A stretch of DNA of 64,000 nt from Eledone cirrhosa (Eukaryota): NCBI GenBank assembly GCA_964016885.1, contig OZ024742.1:200508001-200572000 (forward strand), in the 5' to 3' direction. The notes beneath the pieces are model-generated. The model worked only from the letters and a program-made list of their open reading frames with translations, did not search any database and was not told the origin of the DNA. Position 1 is the stretch's first letter; every line of letters starts with the position of its first letter. Made by a program: the position numbers and the translations under genes. Of this stretch, positions 1 to 17,504 are shown in pieces.

Positions 1-400
1 TGCAAGACTGATGAAAACATATTGTCAGAGAAAAAGGTGTATGTATGTGCACATGTGCATGCGTGTACATGTGCGCTTGTTCGTGAATGTATGTGTATGG
101 ATATAATGTAGAAAAAAAAAATGATTCATTGTAAAATAACCACTTGAAATATTTTAGCATCTTATTTACGGAGAATTTAAAGTTGGTGAAATTCGACAAA
201 ACATTGACCACGAATATAAATCCTGCCCACCCATTTTTCCATCTATTTTTTGGTCAGATATTCATCGGCTTATATTCCAGTATATACAGTATATATATTA
301 AAACACTCACACACACACATATATATATATGAAGACTAAAATCCGAAGAGTGCTCGGTAAGGATTATATATATATATATAATAAACCGTACAAAAATATA

Positions 401-508
401 TATTATAAGTAAAGATTAAAGTTTAAGCAAAGAATCGCTGCTTTCACTCTTTTAACTTCCCGTAAAAGGATGAAAGTTGCGATTCTTTGCTTACACTTTA
501 ATCTGTAC

Positions 509-515
<7 letters not shown>
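401..515. repeat. Imperfect fold-back hairpin island between TA tracts
   Basis: tattataagtaaagattaaagtttaagcaaagaatcgc...gcgattctttgcttacactttaatctgtacttataata; arms about 55 bp with a few mismatches. Confidence 0.8.
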
Positions 516-561
<46 letters not shown>

Positions 562-564
<3 letters not shown>

Positions 565-822
565 TGGTAACACAACAGTTAGTTCACCATACAGAGAACA
601 ACGGTCCTCCGCAGAAACGGTCATTTCACCCAGGGTCAAGTGACCGACTGTTTCTGCGCAGGCGCGTTCATACGGTTGTCCTTCCAGTTCCGTATAACCA
701 TGTCCATTACGAGCTGAGGATCCGCTAAGGTGAAACAATTTTTCTCGGTATGGTGAACTAACTGTTGTGTTACCATTTCCACCTAAATCGTCGCATGGAC
801 TGAGTTTTATACCACTACGGAT
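562..822 (+). mobile_element. Short non-coding PLE pLTR-like element with HHR and a 5' inverted segment (family A, copy 1)
   Basis: 564-599 is the reverse complement of about 741-776; contains an HHR core; homologous copy at 12160-12345; flanked by (TA)n and (CT)n. Confidence 0.7.
710..747 (+). ncRNA. Minimal type I hammerhead ribozyme (family A), stem III mismatch
   Basis: CGAG-CUGAGGA-UCCGCUAAGGU-GAAA-C-AAUU-U-UU/CUCG; palindromic loop III; G16.2 of copy 2 is U here. Confidence 0.65.
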
Positions 823-847
823 ATCTCTCTCTCTCTCTCTCTCGCTC

Positions 848-4633
<3,786 letters not shown>

Positions 4634-5010
4634 ACGCAAGCATACACACACACACACACACATACACACAATCATATATACATACATGTGTGTATACAAA
4701 CGAAAGAAAGGGGCAAGTAACACATAAATTGAAAGTTGAGAGTATTTGTATTAAAAATTTAACTTTATTTCTGCAATTTGTGGTTTCACAAACACAAATA
4801 CATCAGACTCAGCTAGCCTGGAAAATGGTTACTTTTCCAACCATCTAAAATAGTCTATGAAACAACTGATAAAGCAGAAATAATTAAAACAGGTGTGTTA
4901 ACACACATGTATACACACACGCGCATACACACTTACAGACACACACACACGCTCTCTCTCTCTCTTTCTCTCTCTGACACACACACACACGCGCGCGCAC
5001 ACACACACAG

Positions 5011-5072
<62 letters not shown>

Positions 5073-5227
5073 TTATGCTTCATACTGTTTTTATTCAGTT
5101 CGTTGATATAGACGATTACGGTTACACAAATCTGTGTATCTGTGCGTATATATAACTATAACTATATATATATATCGTATAATTAAAAGCGAAGTAGTTT
5201 CAGATGTTCAAGTCCTTTAATAATAAT

Positions 5228-5301
5228 GCTGCGATATATATTTCAATGACGACACTGGCCACACTGTTCTGTGTGCGAGTGTCGTGACATCATCAGACAG
5301 C
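5228..5301 (-). ncRNA. Type I hammerhead ribozyme with long stem II
   Basis: GCUGU-CUGAUGA-[45 nt incl. ACGACACU/AGUGUCGU and CACAC/GUGUG]-GAAA-U-AUAU-AUC/GCAGC. Confidence 0.8.
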
Positions 5302-6103
5302 TTGTTACATAATAAGGTTATGTTTCCGAGGCAATCCAAGTTAAATCGACATGGGAACGGACGAAGTGTGTGCTTTTGGGTTCTTCATCCGTTCCCCTGT
5401 GAGTACCAATTCACCCCCACCGATCTGCGCAGGCGCATGTCCAAAGGAAGTTGACCATTAGCTACCGCAGATTTCAACGAAATTCGCTTAGACAGTTCAC
5501 CTTCTCAGCCAAACGATGACCCATTTAGGCCTGTACCATAGTTTACTGCTACCCATCCCGACTGTGGCAGTCAGCCGAAAGCCAGAGGAGATGGGAGAGT
5601 GTTAGTTTTTACAGGTCACAATACTACCTCTCACCAAGCGTGGACATTACGACTGACCATCAACTCCCAAGAGAAAATATACTTAATTCTAGGTATCATG
5701 GTTTTACATTGGAAGTTATGAGTGAGAGTTGGAAATAAAAATTAAAATCCTAAATCAAAAATCAGAAATTATAAATTAAACAATAAAAGCATTAACAATT
5801 AGAAATTAAAAAATGTTTCAAGTGAGAATCCGGATTGAGGCGAGTAAAAAAACATATAGATTGAAGTGAGTAAATAATATGAAGAGAGATGTTTAAGTAA
5901 GAAGTTCTGAGAGGGGTTCCAATGTCACAGTTACTCTATCCACATATTGAACGATAGTGCCGTACATTAGAACGGAGGGTAAACTACAGTATTCAAGGCA
6001 GTAGTCAATCTGGTACACAGTCATAATTTCCATCACATGGAACAAAACCAAAGAAAAACATATATATATATATATATATATAACTGTATATATATATAGA
6101 TGA

Positions 6104-6152
6104 GATTCTACAGGACTAGAACTGTTTCATTTTTTAGAAATCATCAGGAATC
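6104..6152 (-). ncRNA. Minimal type I hammerhead ribozyme in a small palindrome
   Basis: GAUUC-CUGAUGA-UUUCUAAAAAAU-GAAA-CAG-UUCUAGUC-CUG-UA/GAAUC; core repeated inverted at 6152-6175. Confidence 0.75.
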
Positions 6153-6204
6153 TGATGATTTCTAAAGAATGAAACGTATATAATATATATATATATATAT
6201 ATAT

Positions 6205-7719
6205 ATTGTTATACTTTGGGAGGGTCATGTTGCCAATAAGAAACACACGCACCAGTTGCTTTCACTTCAATTTATTATATATTTATAAATTCATAAATTT
6301 ACAAATCTACAAACTTATAAATTATAAATTTCTGGTTGGTTGGTTGGTTCCACAACCAGATAGTTGTTTATATATATAGTCATAGTCCTTTCGTCACACA
6401 CTCTGTGACCTCTTCAGTGACTGGGGATTCCTTTCTTCGTTTCTGTGCCTTTTCTTTCTTCTATCCTACGCCATTTTGTTTCTGTGTGTGTGTTGTGTGT
6501 CATGGTAAATAATGACATAAATGGGACCTGCCCCTTGTATAGGAGCAAATTTTGGAATAGAATAGAAAGAACTAGGAACAAGGCCAATAGAATAAACTCA
6601 TGGTATGATAGCAATAAATACCAGAGTGTAATGTTCATCAATACAACCCCTAGAGGCGAACTAGCCTACAAATTTAGAAAGGCCCTAAATAAACATAATC
6701 TCAATATTAAGATAGTAGAAAGACCTGGTACCTCCGTAAAAGCACTTATTAGCAAGACATACCCGTTCCAAAGACCCTCATGTATAGATAAGAAATGTAT
6801 AACCTGTAAAATAAGCCCCCATATTAACTGTAAAACTAGAAATGTAGTGTATAGCATAAGATGTACTGAAGGACAATGTAGAAACAAAAATATAGTGTAC
6901 ATAGGTGAGACAGCTCGTAGTATAGGGGAACGAATAAATGAACACTGGCGAGACCTCCAAGATAATAAAGAATCATCTGTGCTCTACCAACATGCTAAGA
7001 TAGAACACAGGGGTAGATTAGAGAGCATAGAAATAAAAATAGAATCCACGCACAGAAAAGACGCAATGTTTAGGCAAATTACAGAGGCAGTAAGCATAAA
7101 AGAATTAAAACCAAAATTAAATAGAAAATATGAGTGGAACAGCAACATCACAACTTACAATTAAGGACAAAATGAAAACACACACACACATAGAACAAAC
7201 AACTTAGAATTGAAAACACACACAAAATGAAAACACACACAGGACAAAATGAAAACACACACACACATAGAACAAACAACCAACCAACAATAAATAAATA
7301 AACAAATAGAAAAATGAACACAAACACACACAGACACCCGGATGTGGCACATGCGCAAACTGAGCACACAACACACACACAGAAACAAAATGGCGTAGGA
7401 TAGAAGAAAGAAAAGGCACAGAAACGAAGAAAGGAATCCCCAGTCACTGAAGAGGTCACAGAGTGTGTGACGAAAGGACTATGACTATATATATAAACAA
7501 CTATCTGGTTGTGGAACCAACCAACCAACCAGAAATTTATAATTTATAAGTTTGTAGATTTGTAAATTTATGAATTTATAAATATATAATAAATTGAAGT
7601 GAAAGCAACTGGTGCGTGTGTTTCTTATTGGCAACATGACCCTCCCAAAGTATAACAATATCGGTTTCAACACACGATTTCAGATAAAGAATCTTGCTAA
7701 ACAAATTCAGAAACGAAAT
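6205..7719 (+). mobile_element. 5'-truncated Penelope-like (Neptune-like) element with inverted pLTR
   Basis: Open frame to 7164 with CIDKKCITC linker and GIY-YIG (VVYSIRC..VYIGETARSIGERINEH); 6205-6499 is the reverse complement of 7365-7659 (295 bp, no difference seen); flanked by (TA)n. Confidence 0.92.
7442..7486 (+). ncRNA. Type I hammerhead ribozyme in pLTR (inverted twin at 6378-6422)
   Basis: AGUCA-CUGAAGA-G-GUCACA-GAGUG-UGUGAC-GAAA-G-GA-C-UA/UGACU. Confidence 0.75.
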
Positions 7720-8173
7720 ATATATATATATATATATAAATGTAAGTATGTATGTATACGTACATACATATATGTATACAGACGTACAGTAGCATGCATA
7801 TACATATATATATATATATATACATATATACATACAGGTACACATACATATATGTACGTATCAGTTTAGCGGACGCTTATTATAACGCCCGCTTTGTTCG
7901 TTTGTAAACAAACTGAACAGCCTGAATTTATGCCGTACGGTGTTAAGGCAACCACGTCACCTTTTTTTTTTTTTTTTTTTAATATATATATATATTTATA
8001 TATATATGTATTGAGTACCTTACTTACTGTGATTACCTCCGATTCAACCCGGAATAACGTATATATATATATACACACATATATATATATATATATATTC
8101 TATCATACTCTGCTCTGTAAGAGCATAGAGTGGTCAACCGGCATACCGCCTATGGAAGCATCTTAGCTAACAT

Positions 8174-8219
<46 letters not shown>

Positions 8220-8229
8220 CCGTATATAT

Positions 8230-8323
<94 letters not shown>

Positions 8324-8675
8324 GTGTGTGTGTGCTTATATGTATATGCGTGATTATGTATATGTACATGCGTATTTGTAAGTTTAAATGTCTATATGTG
8401 TGCATGTATGCTTATATGTAGGTGTATGTCTGTGCCTATGTGTATGTGTTTATTTATGTATGTGTGAATGCGTGTATTGTGCTTGTGTGCGTGTGTTTGT
8501 TTGAATACATAATCAAGATAGAGCAAATTGCACCATTCCGTATCCATAGAAACGATGTAAAAAATACAAAATATAAAAAAATATAGAAAATATGTGGATT
8601 TGCTAGTAATTTCTCAAAGATTAAAAATAATTAAGGCTTATTTTCCTGAAGAATTGAATTTAATTTCCGTTCCAA

Positions 8676-8676
<1 letters not shown>

Positions 8677-8739
<63 letters not shown>

Positions 8740-9200
8740 ATCATCATCATTATTATTGTTGTTGATATTGTTGTCGTTGTTGCTGTTGCATATGGTGATT
8801 ATTATTGATAGCTTGCGCTGTAAATATGAGCAATATTGGATCTTCTGCTGTCTGTCGAGTCTCAACAAGGATCTTAGACAGACGGTACTTTCCTGCATCT
8901 ATGTACATTGATCAGCAAGACTGACGCTTTTTAGGAGAACAATTTGTACGTGATCATCTATTTGCTGAAGATACCTTCTTAGTTTTTATGGTATCGACGC
9001 CAAATCTCCAATGATAACTGGAGCTCTCTCATTGTTGTTGGGTTTTATTGACCACATTCATGCAAATTGATCTTCAAGCGTGTATATTTCATTATACTTT
9101 CGATTTCCTTCAATGTTATGTTTTGGTTTCCTTTCGATGATAGCATCAATAATCTATCATACAAGCCTATTTCCGCACATAACTCAGGCCTGTTGTACTC
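8677..9200 (-). mobile_element. Degraded R4/Dong LINE 3' end with (TAA)n tail
   Basis: Minus-strand remnants YNRPE, NITLKE, MKYTRLKI, APVIIGDLASIP resembling the RLE endonuclease end; followed by (TAA)n at 8677-8733. Confidence 0.55.
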
Positions 9201-9365
9201 AAATCTGCGTCTCGTTTAGATAGTTAAGCTCCACAGTGTCTTGGGTTAGTCTGTGTTATGGAATATGCTCGGATGTGGGCTTCATAGCGAGAACAAGACA
9301 TTGTTTCAGTGTAGACGTCAGAAAACCCAAATGCCTTATATGTGGGGCCACAAGGCGCCTACAAA

Positions 9366-9396
<31 letters not shown>

Positions 9397-9469
9397 CTTC
9401 TTCTTCTTCTTCTTCTTCTTCTTCTTCTTCTTCTTCTTCTTCTTCTTCTTCTTCTTCTTCTTCTTCTTC

Positions 9470-9930
9470 TCAAGAGCAATTAAAGAGGTCAAATGTGATA
9501 AGGTTGGTTGTGAGGATGAAATTCGGCCCGAGATATTAAAAACATTAAATAGAGAAGGTATTCCCTGGTTGACTCATGTGTACCGGTTGGCTTGGATCTC
9601 TGGAAATGCACTTAGACAATGGCTATCAGAAGTGATAATCCCAGTTTCCAAAAAGGGAGACAAGAGAGATTGCCCCAATTATAGAGGGATCTTTTTGTTA
9701 AGCTACCCATATAAAGTCTATGCTAAATGTCAAGCAAAGAGGTGTAGGGGATATTTTCATGTCTAAGCTAGCTGGCGAACAGTGAGATTTTCGTCCCGGA
9801 CGTAGCACAACCGACCAAATATTTACACTGCGGCAGGATCAGTCGACTGGAATATGCAGACGACATGGTATTATGTGGTATTATGTAACTCGTCAGAAGG
9901 TGATCTCCTTGATAGGTTTGCTGCCGACTG
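9470..9930 (+). mobile_element. RTE-clade LINE RT fragment
   Basis: GxDEIRPEILK..IIPVSKKGDKRDCPNYRGIFLLS..KVYAK, then FRPGRSTTDQIFTL and EYADD remnants; preceded by (TTC)n. Confidence 0.85.
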
Positions 9931-10010
9931 TTGCACCTACCAGATAATCAAAAATAAAAACAAAAAAAAAAATGGGTGAAAAGAGGCCACATCTACGGTA
10001 GCCAACGATG

Positions 10011-10216
10011 GGTTGGCAGTATCGGTAGAGAGTCGGACACCATACTTTGAAGCATAGAGTTACGGTGATTTACGGTCTGAGTTCAAATCCCACCGAGGTT
10101 AACTTAGCCTTTTATCCTTACGGGGTCGATAAAATATCAAGCACTAGTAATGTACTGGGGTCGATTTAATCGACTTTCCCCTCCCTCCTAATTACTGGCC
10201 TTGTGCCTATACTAGA
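10011..10216 (+). mobile_element. tRNA-headed SINE with Nin/Deu-type domain
   Basis: tggcagtatcggtag A box, gagttcaaatcc B box, gcctttYatcctt..ggggtcgataaaa..cactag core; many copies in the window. Confidence 0.85.
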
Positions 10217-11322
10217 CATCAATATTATTTTTACAACCATTACTACGCATGTCATTGCTCAACTAATCATTTTTACACAATGTAAGCCCCCGCATTAATT
10301 TATTTGGCCGTTTCCTATGTAGTGTTTTTAACCCTCGTTGACAATAAAAGAAATGTTTACTCTAGAACTAGAGAACTATTTCTTAAACTGATTAAGGTAG
10401 ATAATAATTATCAATATTAATCATCGTTTGAGAAATACTTTAGTAATTTCCTTTCTTCGAAAAAGGAATTAGCTATATATAGATGTTGGGTGGGGATGGG
10501 GCATGCAAAAAAACATGTTCGAGGTGAACAAGTTCTATCTGAGAATGTCATAACAATATTTACAGATATTAGTGATGATATTTTCTGGAATGTGGCTATT
10601 CTTATCCTTATATGTGGAATAGAATGGAAGGGGACTTCACCGGTTACAACGATGAGTGTCCCAGTGGTTTAATCAACGGAACGACCTGGTCGTGAAATAA
10701 CGTGCAAGCGGCTGAGTATTTCACAGAGGTATACACCTATAACGTACTCCTCACTAAGGATGCCTCTTTGAGTTACAAACAATCTATTTGCTTTTATTTA
10801 AGTGCATGAACCTGAGCATTCCAAACGCACACACACACACATACACACGTACACACACACATACGTAACCTTAACGTAATCCTCACAGAGTGTGATAATG
10901 CAAACCCTAGTTACAGTCCGTCGTACACTACAGTGTAAGTGGCTGAATATTTCCCAGACGTATACACCCTTAATGAAGAAGAATCAACAGGACACAATAT
11001 ACGACAAGTATGGACCTTTGAAATACAGGTAAACTCCACCATTAGCTCACCCCCTCACGCGCGCACACACATACTGGCACCATATTTATATATTAAATTT
11101 CTGCTAAAATCTCAAATTAAGGGAGTATAAGTGAGACCTCATTTAATCATCTCCCTAACATGGTTTCTAGAATAAAGAAACAATATCAACTATTTCAAAT
11201 CACTGGAATAACCGATGCTGGAAGGACGTATTCTCTCATCAAGGGAGATATTCTTTGGAACAAGAAGTTATATTGATCATAAAGTATACAGACCTTTTCG
11301 TTGACAAATAACTTTTTTATTA

Positions 11323-11379
<57 letters not shown>

Positions 11380-11650
11380 TTGAAAAAAATGAAAACGAAA
11401 TTTCATTTCTCACTCTTAGTATGGCACTTACTTAAATGTAAGTATGTATGTATACGTACATACATATATGTATACAGACGTACAGTAGCATGCATATATA
11501 CATATATATATATATATATACATACAGGTACACATACATATATGCACGCATATATGTATGTGTACCTGTATGTATATATATATATATATGTATATATGCA
11601 TGCTACTGTACGTCTGTATACATATATGTATGTACGTATACATACATACT

Positions 11651-11756
<106 letters not shown>

Positions 11757-12009
11757 TATGTACACGTACATACATATACGTTTTCAGACGTACAGTAGTA
11801 TATATATATATACATACATGCACACATATATATATGTACGTATGGATTCACCGAACATTTATTATAATGCTCGGTGTGTTTGTAAACCAACATCCCGAAT
11901 TAAGCCGTACAGTGTCTAGCAACCATCGTTGCTCATTTGTTCAACCCTGACAAAGGAACGCTGTACTAGGTATATATATATATATATATATATACCTATA
12001 TATATATAT

Positions 12010-12084
<75 letters not shown>

Positions 12085-12097
12085 TTTCTTGGTGATG

Positions 12098-12159
<62 letters not shown>

Positions 12160-12345
12160 AGTAGTAACACAACAGTTAGTTCACCATACCGAGAACAATT
12201 GTTTCACCTTATGCGGATATTCAGCTCGGACTGGTGATGGTTATACGGAACATGGTTATTCTCGGTATGGTGAACTAACTGTTGTCTTACTACTTCTACC
12301 AATCTCGTCCCATGGACTAAGTGGTCTACCACTGCTGATATTACC
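12160..12345. mobile_element. Family A HHR element copy 2 (HHR on minus strand, 12189-12229)
   Basis: CCGAG-CUGAAUA-UCCGCAUAAGGU-GAAA-C-AAUU-GUU/CUCGG; inverted arms 12160-12195 / 12259-12294; same 3' tail as 777-820. Confidence 0.7.
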
Positions 12346-12393
12346 TTCCGGTGTTCTACCCCCCCCTCTCTCTCTTTCTCACTCTCTTTCTCC

Positions 12394-12441
<48 letters not shown>

Positions 12442-12538
12442 TATATATATTAATAAATATTTGCTCTATGGTTATATATTTGATATATATTTATCCTTAT
12501 CGAGCCCTCTTTGGATTTTAGTCTTCACATTTATTATT

Positions 12539-12618
<80 letters not shown>

Positions 12619-12674
12619 TTAAAACGACAACAGAAGGCCGGACTGGAAGATATGCTGTAAATTTTAATTCCGTA

Positions 12675-12753
12675 AAATCACTATACATATTTCAATGGCC
12701 CTGCTCCATTATCCATTTATGTTGCAAGACAGGACGGAATCATCAGGTAACTT
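12675..12753 (-). ncRNA. Type I hammerhead ribozyme with long stem II
   Basis: AAGUUAC-CUGAUGA-[46 nt]-GAAA-U-AUGU-AUA/GUGAUUU; 7-bp stem I with two G·U pairs. Confidence 0.75.
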
Positions 12754-13247
12754 CGACAGAATTATAAAACAAGGTTATATAGAACCTATACTTATCATGG
12801 AAGATAGGTAAAAGGTAATAGGAAATAGGTAATATATACGACGGTCTTCTATAGTTTTTCTGCCTACCAAATTCCACACAGAAAGCAATGGTCAATTAGA
12901 GGCTAAATTGAAAGACCCTTTCTGATGGTCCCACATTCTTATCTCCTTAATCACCTATTTTATTTAAATATTTGGTCCATCAATTTGCGAGTTCTAATCT
13001 CCCCGATGTCAACTTCGTTTTTCACCCTTTTATAAATTACCAGTTCAGAGCAATCAGTGAATTGGTGGAATTGTTAGAAACTCGTCTGAAATACCCTGTG
13101 GTGTTTGTTTGGCTCTATATGAACGATTAAGTCTATATATCCCAAATAAACAACAATCAACAATTCACTGAACTTGTGTAATAGAGCGGGACGGTTTCGT
13201 TAACATAGGGAAGAAGAAGGGCATAATAAATTAAATGAACCATAATT

Positions 13248-13925
13248 GACTGGTACAATATTTTATTGATCCCACTTTGCAAGAATGAAAAAGCAAAAGC
13301 AAGGTTAATCTCGGTCGGATTCGAAATAAGAGCGCGATAAAAGCTGGAACAAATACCACCAGGTGTTTTGGCCAACACATTAACAATTCTGCCAACCCAT
13401 AACTGTTTCAACTTTAGGCACAAGGCCAGCAATTTGAGGGGGATGGGGAAAGTCGATTAAATCGACCCCAGTGCATTACTGGTACTTTATTTTATTGACC
13501 CTGTAAGGATGAAAGGCAAAACTAACCTCGGCAGTGAAAAAGAAGGATAAACAGAGGAGGAGGAGAGGAAAGAGAGGAAAAAGAAGATGAAAAGGATACA
13601 GAAGGAAAATAGTGAGAAAAAGTTCAGCCTGAACAACACCAACAACAGCACCAAGATGCCACTATCACTAAAAACACTATCACCAAAAGCAATAATAACA
13701 AGAACATCAACAATAATGATTTCTAGTATAGGCACAAGGCCAGTAATTGGAGGGGGGGGGGTTGATTAAATGGACCCCAGTACGTTGCTGGTATTTTATT
13801 TTATCGACCCGTAAGGATGAAAGGCAAAGTTAACCTGGGTGGGATTTGAACTCAGAGTGTAAAGGACCGTAACTCTATGCTGCTAAGCATGGCGTCCAAC
13901 CCCCTACCGATACTGCCAATCCACC
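13248..13925 (-). mobile_element. Cluster of three Nin-domain SINE copies
   Basis: Repeated ctggtact..tttatcgacc..aaggatgaaaggcaaa..gggatttgaactc. Confidence 0.75.
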
Positions 13926-13929
13926 GCCT

Positions 13930-14560
13930 TCAGAACATCAACAATAATAACACCAACAACAAGAGCAGCGAGACTACCACCATCAACAGCAGCAGCAGCA
14001 CCACCACCACCGCAAACACTAACACCACAATTACCACTACCACCACTACCTCCACCACCACCAACAACAATAACACCACCATCACCACAAACAACAATAA
14101 CACCCCCTGCCATCACCACCATCACCACTACCATCTTACTACCACCATCACCACAAACATCACCATCACCACCATCACCAACATCACCACAAACAACAAT
14201 AACACCCCTGCCATCACCACCATCACCACAATCATCACCACAATCATCACCATCACCACCATCACCAACATCACCACAAACAACAATAACACCCCCTGCC
14301 ATCACCACCATCACCACTACCATCTTACTACCACCATCACCACAATCATCACCATCACCACCATCACCACCATCACCACAAACAACAATAACACCCCTGC
14401 CATCACCACCATCACCACCATCATCACCATCACCACCATCACCACAAACAACAATAACACCCCTGCCATCACCACCATCACCACAATCATCACCACCATC
14501 ACCAACATCACCACAAACAACAATAACACCACACTGAACAGCAACAAAAACAACAAAAAC
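13930..14560. repeat. (ACC/ATC/AAC)n trinucleotide array with higher-order units
   Basis: Recurrent acaaacaacaataacacccctgccatcaccacc blocks. Confidence 0.9.
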
Positions 14561-15062
14561 AGCCGCAATGAATTCTTAAAAATTGCTTTCAGAAACATTT
14601 AGGGCAAACTGGGTCAACTAGGTGTTAATGGTGGTAATAGTAGCGGTAGTGTTATTGGTAGTTGTGTTGGTGATGGTGTTTAAGATGTTGTTATTGTTGG
14701 GGTGGCGGTGGTGTTTGCTGTCATGTCAAAGTCTTTAGTTTCAAGAATCTCTGAGACTGACATTTCATTTTAGGCAGAGGAAGATGTGCAATTGAGTAAC
14801 ATTTATACAACACTACGTAGGCGTGTGATACATCCTATTGTACGTACGCGTGCATGTATGTATGTATGTATGTTTTCTCTTTCTCTTAATTTCGAGTATA
14901 TTTTTTTGACCGGCCACCTTCCTGGTATGTATGTATGTATGTATGTATGTATGTATGTATGTATGTATGTATGTATGTATGTATGTATGTATGTATGTAT
15001 GTATGTATGTATGTATGTATGTATCCAATGATACATTGTACGTACGCATGTATGTATGTATC

Positions 15063-16245
15063 CAATGGTATCCAATGATGTTGACTTGTTCTTCTTTTTG
15101 GTAAATATCATCTTGGTTAAGAGAGTGGGACTGGCTTTGTGCAGTGCCTTTGCTCACTATAAAAGCTTCACGGCACAGGCATTGCTTTATATCTGGAGAT
15201 CTCTCTGCACTTGTCATCACATGGTACCATGGGCCCAGCACTATGTGTCAATAATTGTCACAAGTGTAGTGTTTGTACCAGAGTTTTCAAGTCGCTGGCT
15301 GGATTAAAAAGTCACACTCGTTCAGCGCATCGGTAGGGGTTCTCCTACATGGATATAAAGTAGTGGCCGTACTCGAAAACGAGTTGGCAGCCACTATGTA
15401 TGTATGTATGTATGTATGTATGTATGTATGTATGCATATGTCAGGTCACCAGTTGGTGCTACTGGTAACATGTATCCCAGTACAACCTGTCTCATGGTCG
15501 GGTCGCTGGCGTCTAAACTGGCAACCCCACCAAGGTTTCTTGGTGAGGAGGGTGACTTTGGACATCCTACAGGACTAAAAACAAAACCTGTCAAAGGGCA
15601 AAGGAGCTCTTAAGAGTCAATGGCCATCCAAAATCACCGGGAGAGATGACCCCTTAGCCTTTGTCAAGGCAGAATTCTAGGAGAAGGAAAACTCTGATAT
15701 AACACCTGCAACCCTGATGGTATCCAATGATGTTGACTTGTTCTTCTTTTTGGTAAATATCATCTTGGTTAAGAGAGTGGGACTGGCTTTGTGCAGTGCC
15801 TTTGCTCACTATAAAAGCTTCACGGCACAGGCATTGCTTTATATCTGGAGATCTCTCTGCATTTGTCGTCACATGGGCCCAGCACTATGTGTCAATAATT
15901 GTCACAAGTGTAGTGTTTGTACCAGAGTTTTCAAGTTGCTGGCCGGACTAAAAAGGCACACTCGTTCAGTGCATCGGTTGGGGTTCTCCTACATGGATAT
16001 AAAGTAGTGGCCGTACTCGAAAACGAGTTGGCAGCCACCATGTATGTATGTATATCAGATCACTCTTGAGTGTTACTGGCAACATGTAATCCAGTACAAC
16101 CTGTCGCATGGTCGGGTCGTCAGTGACTAAACTGGTAACCCCACCAAGGTTACTTGGTGAGGAGGGTGATTTTGGACACCCTGTTGGACAAAAAACAAAA
16201 CCTGACAAAGAGCGGAAGAACTCATAAGAGTCAACAGCCATCCAA
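15063..16245 (+). mobile_element. Tandem array of short bipartite RTE-derived retroelements (3' piece, full unit 15441-16040, 5' piece) separated by (TATG)n
   Basis: RTE-type 5'UTR motif ctaggagaaggaaaactct fused to a 3' end encoding CSVCTRVFKLLAGLKRH; (TATG)n tails; no RT. Confidence 0.7.
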
Positions 16246-16319
16246 AAATGTATAAATATATGTATACATGTGTATATATGTATATATGTATATACATGTA
16301 TGCAGGTGTATGTATATGC

Positions 16320-16532
16320 GCGGGGACATAGAAATAATCTGACTGGATATCCGATCGCGCGGTTAAACCCCTGGGAGTGAAGGACCCCTAGCCCTTGTCA
16401 GGGCATACTTCTAGGAGGAGGCAACTCAGGAAACTGGGATAACTCCGACATAAAATCTGCGGCTCAGTAGTTACCGATGATGTTGATCTTTTCTTCTTTC
16501 CGAGTTATAGCTAATGTCGCTCTGAGAGTGGG
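16320..16532 (+). mobile_element. Second bipartite RTE-derived subfamily, 5' part
   Basis: Shares ccctagccYttgtcagggca..ctaggagRaggcaactc; fuller copy on the minus strand at 54410-54770. Confidence 0.6.
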
Positions 16533-16533
16533 A

Positions 16534-16602
<69 letters not shown>

Positions 16603-17454
16603 CATGCACATACACACGGCATATACATAACAAGAAACATACCTGCAGATGTGAGTATCGTACGAGCAGTATGTTTCTATTGGCCCCAAGGGTGTATGTT
16701 TTTTAAGCACCAATAGCAGCAGCTTAATTCATTAACATGTTTGTATAGGGTAGTTTTTCACGCCGGGAATCTAGTCCTATCTCATCGTTAAGATCTTGGG
16801 TGTGTGGTGTAGATTATATGAATATATGTGTTTATGTATGTATGTATGATGTATATATGAATGGATGTATGTATGTATGCATGTACGTATGTATGTGCCT
16901 ATGTATGTATGTATGTATGTATGTATGTATCTATGTATAAATGCCTATGTATGTGTGTGTGTATGTGTGAGTGTGTGTGTGTGTAAGTAATCGGAACCTG
17001 ATGCGGGAAAAATGCCAAAAAGAAAAAAGAAATTAAGTGTGAAATGATATATATATATGTACATCGACACACACACACACACACACACTCACACACACAC
17101 ATATATATATATATATATTGAACACACACACATACCTATATATATGTGTGTATGTTTCTATGTACATACATACATGCACACACATACATACATATATACA
17201 TAGACATACATACATTCAAAGCTGAAACTAAATATCTTGCAGCTTCAAATGTAGGGTTTCTTCTTTTAGTTCTAGCTTATAGGTTTAGCTCTACATTTAA
17301 AACACATCAAACGGTCATCAAATCTGCTTATTGCCCTCGAAGGACTGACAAGTACACGACCGGAACGCCGAACGTCGGTACAAATAGTTATGTTATGAAA
17401 TATAATATAATATATATAAATATATATATATATATATGTGTATATATATATATA

Positions 17455-17500
<46 letters not shown>

Positions 17501-17504
<4 letters not shown>

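Noticed and set aside
10011-10100. tRNA genes from A/B-box matches
   Set aside because: SINE heads; no complete cloverleaf, and each is followed by the SINE body
14774-14850. Candidate upstream nAChR exon (AEEDVQLSNIYTTL...)
   Set aside because: Lacks the LxxxYxxxxRPV signature and runs into a microsatellite
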